Shown: piece after piece, positions 17,382-24,741 of the stretch | Layout of the letters: every line of letters starts with the position of its first letter | Position numbering within the stretch: position 1 is the first letter of the stretch | Origin: an uncultured Clostridia bacterium | GTDB taxonomy: Bacteria > Bacillota > Clostridia > Oscillospirales > CAG-272 | NCBI GenBank assembly: GCA_937898155.1 | Contig: CALEJO010000205.1 | Coordinates: 1 to 29,126, forward strand | Length of the DNA: 29,126 nucleotides | Direction of reading: 5' to 3' | Notes under the pieces: generated by a model | The model's input: only the letters and a program-made list of their open reading frames with translations | Told to the model about the DNA's origin: nothing | The model's database searches: none | Made by a program: the position numbers and the translations under genes

Positions 17382-17622
17382 TTCGCTATTATGAAATCCG
17401 CGAAGAGAAAGGAAAGATCTCATAATCCGAAACGAGAAAAACGGTGTAATCCCATTTCTGAGATTACACCGTATCCCCACATCGGAAAAACATCCTTATG
17501 TGGCTGTGGCTGACAGCCCCTTTTCTTTTTTTGTTTATTTTTGTCCGACGGCTTGCAATTTTCGCGGTCAAGTGATAGAATAAAAAACAGAAAAAACGCC
17601 TTGACAGAGAAAGGAATTTTCT

Positions 17623-18474
17623 ATGAAAGCAGCCATTTTCGCCGCTTCCGTCGCCAAAAAGCGAGAGGGCGGTTTCCGCACGCCGGAGGAATGTATCGGT
17701 CTTTGCGCCGACGCCGGCTATTCCGTGATCGACTGGTCGCCGAACTACGACCGTCCCGACTGGCAGGAGGACGTGGATCGCGCCGTGATCGCCGCGGAGC
17801 GCCACGGTGTCACCATCGTGCAGAGCCACGCGCCTTATAATTTCTACCGCCGCGCGCCGATCGAAGAATTTGACGCACAGCTCGGGCAAAGCGTGGACGC
17901 GGCGATCCGACTCGGCGTCAAGGATTTCGTTTTCCATTTTGACGAATATCACCCCGCGCCCGGCGAGCCGTTCGATCCCGACAAGGCAATGGAGACGATC
18001 TATGCGCTTTTTGCGCCGCACATCGAAAAAACGATTTCTCACGGCATCAACGCCGCGCTCGAAACGGCGATCGAGGATCATATCCGCGTGCGTCAGGACG
18101 AACGCTCGCATTATTCCGGCATCTTTGAAGAAGTAGAGGCGGCGATCGCCCGTTTTCACGATCCCCGCGTCACGTGCTGCTGGGACTTCGGCCACGCGCA
18201 ACTCGCTTACGGTGACAGGCACGTCGAAAATCTCACCCGCATGGGCAAAAAAATCTCCTGCCTGCACGTGCACGACAATTATTACGGCAAAGATTTGCAC
18301 CTGATGCCTTACCTCGGCAATCTCGATTGGGAGACGCTCATTCCCGCGCTGAAAGCGACGGGCTACGACGGTGCGCTTCCCTTTGAACTGGGCTATGCCT
18401 GCCTGCCGGACGCACTCGTTCCCGAATTTTTGAAACTGACTTATCACGCAATGGATTCCCTTTGCCGTCTGTGA
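17623..18474 (+). CDS. Sugar phosphate isomerase/epimerase (AP endonuclease 2 TIM-barrel family)
   Basis: QSHAPY, FVFH, AALET, CCWDFGHA, CLHVHDNYYGKDLHLMPYLGNLDW and GYDGALPFE; TTGCAA-N17-TAGAAT promoter at 17553-17581. Confidence 0.88.
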   Translation: MKAAIFAASVAKKREGGFRTPEECIGLCADAGYSVIDWSPNYDRPDWQEDVDRAVIAAERHGVTIVQSHAPYNFYRRAPIEEFDAQLGQSVDAAIRLGVKDFVFHFDEYHPAPGEPFDPDKAMETIYALFAPHIEKTISHGINAALETAIEDHIRVRQDERSHYSGIFEEVEAAIARFHDPRVTCCWDFGHAQLAYGDRHVENLTRMGKKISCLHVHDNYYGKDLHLMPYLGNLDWETLIPALKATGYDGALPFELGYACLPDALVPEFLKLTYHAMDSLCRL

Positions 18475-18493
18475 TTTTGAAAGGAGAATTTGT

Positions 18494-19756
18494 ATGAAAA
18501 AAAGAATTACCGTCGCCATCATCGGATGCGGCAACCGCGGTTGCGTCGTCTACGGACACCATATGACGGAGTCCTTCCCCGACAAATATCAGATCGTCGC
18601 GCTTTGCGACATTCAGGCACGTGTCGTCGAACGGCAGGGGGAAGCGTTCAGCATTCCCGCAGAAAACCGCTTCACGAGCGAAGAAGCATTTTTTGCCGAA
18701 AAACGCGCCGACCTGCTCGTGATTGCCACGCAGGACCAAGACCACGTTCGCATGACGGTGAAAGGGCTTGAACTCGGCTATGACATCCTCGTCGAAAAGC
18801 CGCTGACGTCGAGCCGCGAGGAATGCCGTCAGCTTCTCGACGCGCAGAAAAAATATGGCGGAAAGGTGCTCGTCGGCCACGTTCTGCGCTACGCGCCCGC
18901 GTTCCGCAAAGCGGAGGAACTGCTTCGCTCCGGCGTGATCGGCAAGCTGATCACCATCGAATCGCTCGAACAGGTTTGGTTCGGGCATTACGCGCACAGC
19001 TTCACGCGCGGCAACTGGCGCCGCTCCGACGAAACCTCGCCGATGATCATCGCAAAATGTTGCCACGACTTCGATCTGCTCCAGTATTACGCGGGCTCGA
19101 AATGCGAGAGCTTGTCCTCGGTAGGCGACCTCACCTGGTTCAAAGCCGAAAACGCGCCCGAAGGCGCAACCGAGCGTTGTGCCGATTGCCCGCACATCGA
19201 AACCTGCCCTTACAGCGCGAAACGCATTTATCTCGACCGCTGGAAACGGCGCGGCGGAAATTACGCGTTCACGAGCACCGCTGTCTTCACGCGCCCGATC
19301 ACCGAGGAAGCCATTTGGGAGATGCTCCGCACGAGCCCCTATGGCCGTTGCGTCTACCATTGCGATAACAACGTCGTCGATCATCAGCTCACCACGATGA
19401 CCTTTGAAAACGGGGTCAAAGCGACGCTGACCATGATGGCGTTCACCGGAAGCGGCGGCAGAATCATGCGATTCCACGGTTCGCTCGGCGAGATCATTCT
19501 CGATGAAGAGGCGGAATATGTCAAACTCAAACGGTTCAGCGAAGACGATCAGATTTGGAAGTTCGACGAGCTTGTGACGGTCAATGCCGAAGGACACGGT
19601 GGCGGCGACTACGCGCTCGTTTCGGAGCTTTACACGACGCTGACCGACGAAAGCGAAGCCAGAACGTCGCTGGAAGCGTCCGTCGAGAGCCACCTGATGG
19701 CGATCGCCGCGGAGGAATCGCGCCTCGCCGGCGGTGAAAGAAAACTTGTCCATTGA
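18494..19756 (+). CDS. Gfo/Idh/MocA family oxidoreductase
   Basis: VAIIGCGNRG Rossmann motif; ILVEKPL; VGHVLRYAP; SFTRGNW; KCCHDFD; GHGGGD. Confidence 0.92.
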   Translation: MKKRITVAIIGCGNRGCVVYGHHMTESFPDKYQIVALCDIQARVVERQGEAFSIPAENRFTSEEAFFAEKRADLLVIATQDQDHVRMTVKGLELGYDILVEKPLTSSREECRQLLDAQKKYGGKVLVGHVLRYAPAFRKAEELLRSGVIGKLITIESLEQVWFGHYAHSFTRGNWRRSDETSPMIIAKCCHDFDLLQYYAGSKCESLSSVGDLTWFKAENAPEGATERCADCPHIETCPYSAKRIYLDRWKRRGGNYAFTSTAVFTRPITEEAIWEMLRTSPYGRCVYHCDNNVVDHQLTTMTFENGVKATLTMMAFTGSGGRIMRFHGSLGEIILDEEAEYVKLKRFSEDDQIWKFDELVTVNAEGHGGGDYALVSELYTTLTDESEARTSLEASVESHLMAIAAEESRLAGGERKLVH

Positions 19757-19772
19757 GTAAAGGAGCAAAAAG

Positions 19773-20177
19773 ATGAAGAAAATCGCTTTGATCGTTTTTG
19801 CTATGCTCTTCCTTGCCGCCGGTTTAGTCGGGTGCGGCGAATATTCTTCCCATTATCACGCGGTCGGGCACGTCGTTTCCGCTCATTCCGATTCCGCTTG
19901 GATGAGTTTCATCGAATTTGAGGGGACCGAAGTTTTCAAATTGAAACGCAAAAGCGGCGACTTAACGACCATCCGGTATTCCGGAAGTCTGGAAACCGGA
20001 AATCTGACCGTATATTACGACTGCGGAGGAAAGAAGCTGGAGCTGTTTTCCCTTTCTGCCGGAGATGAGATCGAGAGTTCCGGCGGATATCTCCCGGAAG
20101 ATACGGTTTATGTCATCGTCGAAACAACGGAAAAATGCTGCAACGGAGCGCTCAGCTTCGAGATCGCGTCCGACTGA
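19773..20177 (+). CDS. Hypothetical lipoprotein
   Basis: MKK, a hydrophobic stretch and an LVGC lipobox; AAGGAG RBS. Confidence 0.75.
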   Translation: MKKIALIVFAMLFLAAGLVGCGEYSSHYHAVGHVVSAHSDSAWMSFIEFEGTEVFKLKRKSGDLTTIRYSGSLETGNLTVYYDCGGKKLELFSLSAGDEIESSGGYLPEDTVYVIVETTEKCCNGALSFEIASD

Positions 20178-20206
20178 AACGCCCCGATTGATCCAATCAA
20201 AAAACG

Positions 20207-20238
20207 ACCCGCCGAAGAGGAAACCCTCTTCGGCGGGT
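20207..20238. terminator. Bidirectional intrinsic terminator
   Basis: ACCCGCCGAAGAGG-aaac-CCTCTTCGGCGGGT, a 14-bp perfect stem between convergent genes. Confidence 0.85.
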
Positions 20239-20257
20239 TTTGATTTCTGTCATTGCG

Positions 20258-21382
20258 TCAGCGTGCCGCGGGGCGATATTCTTCGCAGGCGCCGAATTCG
20301 AGAACATCCGCGATCCGCTCGCAGGCGCGACCGTCGCCGTAAGGATTCGCGGCGTGATGCATCGCTTCATAAGCCGCCGGATCGTCGAGCAGACGCATAA
20401 ACTCGGCATAAATCGTTTCTTCGTCCGTCCCGACCAGTTTGAGCGTGCCCGTTTCGATCCCCTCGGGGCGCTCGGTCGTCTCACGCATCACCAGCACCGG
20501 CTTGCCGTAAGACGGACATTCCTCCTGAATCCCGCCGGAATCGGTGAGACAAAGATAGCATCTCGCTTCAAAGTTATGGCAATCCTCGACGCCGATCGGC
20601 TCGATGAGATGGATTCGGTCGCAACCGCCGAGCTCTTCCTCCGCCGCTTTTCGGACAGCCGGATTCATGTGGATCGGATAGATCGCCTTGACATCGGAAT
20701 GCTCGTCAAGCACGCGGCGGATCGCGCGGAACATCCGTCGCATCGGCTCGCCGAGGTTTTCGCGCCGATGTGCCGTGATCAGGATCATGCGGCAGTCCTG
20801 CGCCCAGTCGAGCTCGGGATGACGATAGTTCTCCGTGACCGTCTGCTTCATCGCGTCGATCACCGTATTCCCCGTCACCCAGATCGTCTTCCGGTCTTTC
20901 CCCTCCGCGATCAAATGCTCCCGCGCGAGCGCGGTCGGCGCGAAATGATACCGTGCCAAAATGCCGACCGCCTGCCGGTTAAATTCCTCGGGATACGGCG
21001 AATCGGTGCGATAGGTGCGGAGCCCCGCCTCGACGTGCCCGACAGGAATTTGCAGATAGAAGCACGCGAGCGCCGTCGCAAACGTCGTGGACGTGTCCCC
21101 GTGCACCAGCACCACGTCCGGTTTCATCTCTTCCAGCACCGTTTTCATGCGCGAAAGAATCGTCGAAGTGATGTCAAACAGCGTTTGATTCTCTTTCATG
21201 ATCGAAAGATCAATATCCGGCTTGACGGCAAACGCCGCCAGCACGGGATCGAGCATTTGCCGATGCTGTCCCGTCACGCAGACGAGCGTGCGGAACGCGG
21301 AACGCTTTTTCAGCTCGCGGACGAGCGGACACATTTTGATCGCTTCCGGCCGTGTGCCGAATACCAATAAAACCGTTTTCAT
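20258..21382 (-). CDS. wecB: UDP-N-acetylglucosamine 2-epimerase (non-hydrolysing)
   Basis: VFGTRPEAIKM.P, TGQHRQML, VHGDT, GHVEAGLRT, TAHRREN, TDSGGIQEE, TERPEG and NPYGDG. Confidence 0.97.
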   Translation of the reverse strand: MKTVLLVFGTRPEAIKMCPLVRELKKRSAFRTLVCVTGQHRQMLDPVLAAFAVKPDIDLSIMKENQTLFDITSTILSRMKTVLEEMKPDVVLVHGDTSTTFATALACFYLQIPVGHVEAGLRTYRTDSPYPEEFNRQAVGILARYHFAPTALAREHLIAEGKDRKTIWVTGNTVIDAMKQTVTENYRHPELDWAQDCRMILITAHRRENLGEPMRRMFRAIRRVLDEHSDVKAIYPIHMNPAVRKAAEEELGGCDRIHLIEPIGVEDCHNFEARCYLCLTDSGGIQEECPSYGKPVLVMRETTERPEGIETGTLKLVGTDEETIYAEFMRLLDDPAAYEAMHHAANPYGDGRACERIADVLEFGACEEYRPAAR

Positions 21383-21431
21383 GAAAGTCTCCTTTTGGAC
21401 AAAGAGTGAAGTATTCCCCCGTCGAATCGGC

Positions 21432-21554
21432 TCACGGGATCCACCATTCGGGTGTGATCTCCCCGAGCGTGACGGTTTTCCCTGTGGCGAGGTCGAGCAT
21501 GCTTCGCCAATCGTTTTCGTGGATCAGTCGAATCTCCAACCGCTCCGTTTTCAT
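21432..21554 (-). pseudogene. 40-codon chimeric remnant: RimJ/RimL-type GNAT start fused to a cytidine-deaminase-like end
   Basis: MKTERLEIRLIHENDWRSM-LDLATGKTVTLGEITPEWWIP*; GAGGG RBS and TGcTATAAT upstream. Below the ORF-track size cutoff. Confidence 0.45.
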
Positions 21555-21643
21555 CTGCGTTTCCCTCACATACTGATTGATTGAGATTATTATAGCATAT
21601 TGAATTCGAAAAAGTGGGTTTTTCGTCTTATTGCAAAAAGTGC

Positions 21644-23299
21644 TTATTTGACCGTGATTCTGCTATCCACGGTTTTATACTGCGACAGATCGCCGCCGAG
21701 CTGAGCCATATAATCAATCAGCACTTGATAGTCCGCAATGGATTCGTTGAGCACGAGCTCATGATCGGCAAGGAAATAAAGCATTCCGGAACCGCCTTCT
21801 TTGATCATGTAGTTATGGCTTGCGAGCGTATAAGTGGCTGTAAGATCGATCGGAACGTAAACGCCGTTTTGAAGGACCTCGACATCGCTGACGCGGCGTG
21901 TGTTGCCGACACCTGTCATCGCATCGGTGTCATCGACTTGCACGCTGCTCGGGATCGAAGTGTCGATCGTAAAGCGGAGCCCCGAAACTTGTTGGAAGCT
22001 GCCGTCCTCGCCACACGCCTTTCCGTCCTTTTTATACTCGCTCTGCGTATAACGGTAGAAGTATTCCAGCATATCCACGATCTCGGCGCCCGTCACCTTG
22101 ACGACGCAGAGCGCATTCCCGTAAGGATTGACGGAGATGATGTCCTTATAGGTGATATCGCCTTTCTTGAAATCTCCGCGGATGCCGCCGCCGTTGCACA
22201 TACCGATATCGGCACCGCCGATGACGCGGTAAGCGTCTGCCACGAAATCACCGATTGCCACCTCGCGGGAGCGGACCATGCGGATTCCGTCCTCATCGCT
22301 GCAAGAAAGCGTAATGTCGATATGACCGACCACCGCGTTCATCTGCTCATCAAAGAGACCACGGATGGATGCAATCTTTTCAACAATGGTGTCATCCTTT
22401 TTGCCATAAGAATCCACATATCCCACGGAAGCGGTGCCATCTCCAGAAAGCACGAGCTTGCCGATCTTTGCGAGCTTTGTGCCGGTGGAGGAGATCAGCA
22501 CGTCTTCTCCGTCCTTGTTCTGACGGACCCAGCAGGACGCTTCCACGTGCGAATGAGCGTCCAGAATCACATCAATTCCGGTGGTGTTCTGCACTAAGTC
22601 GAGCGAAGTAAAAGGGGATTCCACATCAACATCCACGCCGAGATGTGAAAGGAGGACAACGAAGTCCGCGCCTTTTTCCCGACATTCGTTCACGTTTTTC
22701 TGCACATTCTCATAGAAATTCTCGGCACTGTCGTTGCAGAAATCATAAATGTATTCGCCGTCCTTCATGAAGTAGGTCGGGGTTGACGCCGAGATAGACC
22801 ACGGGGTGGAAATGCCGAGGAACGCAACTTTGATCTTGCCGCAAGTTTTGATCTCATACGGCTTGGTGTTCTCGCCGACCCAGTCCTCGCCGTCACCGAG
22901 ATAGGAGAAATTGCAATTCAGGATCTGCGCGTTCAAACGCTGCGCGTTCTTTTTGAGTTGATCCATGCCGAAATCAAATTCGTGATTTCCAAAGATGGCG
23001 AAATCATAGCCGACAGCGTTCATCAGGTCAACCAAATATTCCCCTTTGGAAACGGCGCCCTCATAGCCGCCTTGCGAAAAGTCGCCGCAATCCGCCAAAA
23101 CCACATACCGATATTGCTCCTCCATATCCTTCTTGTATGCGGAGAGTCCGGCATAGCCGATATTGTCGTCGAGCCCGCAATGCACGTCGTTGGTAAAGAG
23201 AACGACGACATCGTTGCTCTTGCCGTCCTTTGCCGCACACGATGACAAGCTCAAAAAAATTGCCAAGCCAAGTAAAACTGCAATGATTCTTTTTTTCAT
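21644..23299 (-). CDS. 5'-nucleotidase / calcineurin-like metallophosphoesterase lipoprotein (UshA-like)
   Basis: LSSC lipobox; FTNDVH, DCGD, GNHEFD, LSHLG and DAHSH metallophosphoesterase motifs; C-terminal NGGGIR, PYGN and QVSGL. Confidence 0.93.
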   Translation of the reverse strand: MKKRIIAVLLGLAIFLSLSSCAAKDGKSNDVVVLFTNDVHCGLDDNIGYAGLSAYKKDMEEQYRYVVLADCGDFSQGGYEGAVSKGEYLVDLMNAVGYDFAIFGNHEFDFGMDQLKKNAQRLNAQILNCNFSYLGDGEDWVGENTKPYEIKTCGKIKVAFLGISTPWSISASTPTYFMKDGEYIYDFCNDSAENFYENVQKNVNECREKGADFVVLLSHLGVDVDVESPFTSLDLVQNTTGIDVILDAHSHVEASCWVRQNKDGEDVLISSTGTKLAKIGKLVLSGDGTASVGYVDSYGKKDDTIVEKIASIRGLFDEQMNAVVGHIDITLSCSDEDGIRMVRSREVAIGDFVADAYRVIGGADIGMCNGGGIRGDFKKGDITYKDIISVNPYGNALCVVKVTGAEIVDMLEYFYRYTQSEYKKDGKACGEDGSFQQVSGLRFTIDTSIPSSVQVDDTDAMTGVGNTRRVSDVEVLQNGVYVPIDLTATYTLASHNYMIKEGGSGMLYFLADHELVLNESIADYQVLIDYMAQLGGDLSQYKTVDSRITVK

Positions 23300-23363
23300 G
23301 ATTTTCCCTCACTTTGATTTTTTTATTTTGGATGCCGGATTTTTATTTAAGCGGGGCGCTCAC

Positions 23364-23570
23364 TCAACGAGGGATGATCGGGGAGGGGGGGGTATCAATG
23401 ACGGGGGACTCAAGGACGGGGGGCTCAATGACGCGCAAGTGGAGAAGACCGCCGAGGTTCACAACGCCGCCGGAGACCTGCGCAAGCTCTTCATCGGTCA
23501 GCTCTGCGAGTTTTTTGTTTAGGGTTTCAACTTCCTCTTTCAGGGCGTTCAATTCTTCTTTCGTTTTCAT
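23364..23570 (-). CDS. Double-glycine-leader precursor peptide 5 (33-aa Pro-rich core)
   Basis: Leader MKTKEELNALKEEVETLNKKLAELTDEELAQVSGG plus core VVNLGGLLHLRVIEPPVLESPVIDTPPSPIIPR; AAAGGAG RBS. Confidence 0.85.
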   Translation of the reverse strand: MKTKEELNALKEEVETLNKKLAELTDEELAQVSGGVVNLGGLLHLRVIEPPVLESPVIDTPPSPIIPR

Positions 23571-23586
23571 GTTGTAATTCTCCTTT

Positions 23587-23799
23587 TCAATTATTGTTGT
23601 TCATCAGATTGCCGCCTGCGGCGGCTTTCATTTCGTCGTTCTTATCCGAAGCGCCGATGCAGATCGCCGAAATCTGTGAATTTATCCCGGTTTGGCCGCC
23701 CGTCACCTGCGCAAGCTCTTCTTCCGTCAGCTCTGCGAGCTTTTTGTTCAGGGTTTCAACTTCCTCTTTCAGGGCGTTCAATTCTTCTTTTGATTTCAT
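23587..23799 (-). CDS. Double-glycine-leader precursor peptide 4 (35-aa core)
   Basis: Leader MKSKEE...ELAQVTGG plus core QTGINSQISAICIGASDKNDEMKAAAGGNLMNNNN; AGAGGT RBS. Confidence 0.85.
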   Translation of the reverse strand: MKSKEELNALKEEVETLNKKLAELTEEELAQVTGGQTGINSQISAICIGASDKNDEMKAAAGGNLMNNNN

Positions 23800-23842
23800 A
23801 ATCATACCTCTGTTTCTTACAGGTGTCCGCATCCTTTCGGGT

Positions 23843-24100
23843 TCATTTGCCTGCATTAAAATGTTTTCCGTTAAAGTTCAACAGTGCGTCATCATCAATC
23901 TGCTGAACGGAAGCATGAATTTCCTTTTGGGTCGCCGCACGGTCAACATCTGTGTTTGTATCATTTGCCGCCATATTGTGTTTTACTATTATCGCTCCGC
24001 CGGTCACCTCGGCAAGTTCTTCCTCCGTCAGCTCCGCGAGCTTTTTGTTCAGGGTTTCAACCTCTTTTTTCAAAGCGTTCAGTTCTTCTTTGGTTTTCAT
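23843..24100 (-). CDS. Double-glycine-leader precursor peptide 3 (50-aa flagellin-like core)
   Basis: Leader ...ELAEVTGG plus core AIIVKHNMAANDTNTDVDRAATQKEIHASVQQIDDDALLNFNGKHFNAGK; GAAAGGAG RBS. Confidence 0.85.
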   Translation of the reverse strand: MKTKEELNALKKEVETLNKKLAELTEEELAEVTGGAIIVKHNMAANDTNTDVDRAATQKEIHASVQQIDDDALLNFNGKHFNAGK

Positions 24101-24175
24101 GGGGTTTGCTCCTTTCAAATTTTGATCTTATCAGTTTGTTCTCCTCCATGGCTCCTCGCTCAGGAAGCGCGGTGA

Positions 24176-24400
24176 TCACATGCCGCTGTCCTTCTCGACC
24201 TTGTAAAAATGGACATCGCTTTTGCCGGGTTTGAATCCGGGGATCGTAATGTTGCCGGAATCGCTGATGCCGAGAATGCCGCCCACACAGCTCCAGCCCC
24301 CCATGATCTCGGCAAGCTCCTCATCCGTCAGCTCCGCAAGCTTTTTGTTCAGGGTTTCAACTTCCTCTTTCAGGGCGTTCAGTTCTTCTTTGGTTTTCAT
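24176..24400 (-). CDS. Double-glycine-leader precursor peptide 2 (39-aa core)
   Basis: Leader ...ELAEIMGG plus core WSCVGGILGISDSGNITIPGFKPGKSDVHFYKVEKDSGM; GAGGTG RBS. Confidence 0.85.
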   Translation of the reverse strand: MKTKEELNALKEEVETLNKKLAELTDEELAEIMGGWSCVGGILGISDSGNITIPGFKPGKSDVHFYKVEKDSGM

Positions 24401-24491
24401 AATATTTTCACCTCTGTTTTTGTTTTCCGTCTGTATATACGAACGATAATGGGAAATGGCTACTGCATCCGCAATTTTCTGCGTTTTCGCT

Positions 24492-24710
24492 TCATTGCAG
24501 TCCTGATCTCAATTTAAGACAGGTGCGCGGATTTTCTTTGGCAGCTGAACACGCAGCGAGATCAACATCATCTTTTAAAAAGTAAGTGAAGTGGGTATCC
24601 AAATTGCCGCCTGTGACCTGCGCAAGTTCTTCCTCCGTCAGCTCCGCGAGCTTCTTGTTCAGGGTTTCGACTTCCTCTTTCAGGGCGTTCAGTTCTTCTT
24701 TGGTTTTCAT
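24492..24710 (-). CDS. Double-glycine-leader precursor peptide 1 (37-aa core, two Cys)
   Basis: Leader ...ELAQVTGG plus core NLDTHFTYFLKDDVDLAACSAAKENPRTCLKLRSGLQ; GAAAGGAG RBS before the ATG at 24710. Confidence 0.85.
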   Translation of the reverse strand: MKTKEELNALKEEVETLNKKLAELTEEELAQVTGGNLDTHFTYFLKDDVDLAACSAAKENPRTCLKLRSGLQ

Positions 24711-24741
24711 GATGGTATCTCCTTTCAAAAGATGGCTGATT

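Larger units (their letters stand above)
16021..17513. mobile_element. Non-autonomous integrated element (about 1.5 kb) inserted in the groEL terminator
   Basis: Direct repeat GGCTGTGGCTGA at 16021-16032 and 17502-17513. Inverted arms GCCACCGCCACATAAGGA (16034-16051) and TCCTTATGTGGCTGTGGC (17493-17510) match at 17/18. AT-rich interior with a tnpV-like stub. Removing it restores a perfect terminator. Confidence 0.82.

Noticed and set aside
16019..17520. GGGGCTGT...ACAGCCCC read as insertion-sequence terminal inverted repeats
   Set aside because: These are better explained as the two arms of the split groEL terminator. The true element ends lie inside them, and no transposase is present.
21432..21554. 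Possible N-terminal extension of wecB from the ATG at 21554
   Set aside because: That ATG is 172 nt from the wecB start, so it is out of frame, and its frame stops at 21432.
23466..24710. Regularly spaced ~105-bp direct repeats with unique spacers, superficially CRISPR-like
   Set aside because: The repeats are protein-coding leaders with RBS and ATG and mostly synonymous or conservative changes. Repeat and spacer lengths are far outside the CRISPR range, and no cas genes are present.
23364..24710. Assigning the peptides to a specific RiPP class (lanthipeptide, ranthipeptide, thiazole/oxazole-modified)
   Set aside because: The cores lack a shared Cys/Ser/Thr pattern and no modifying enzyme is in the window, so only the leader type can be supported.
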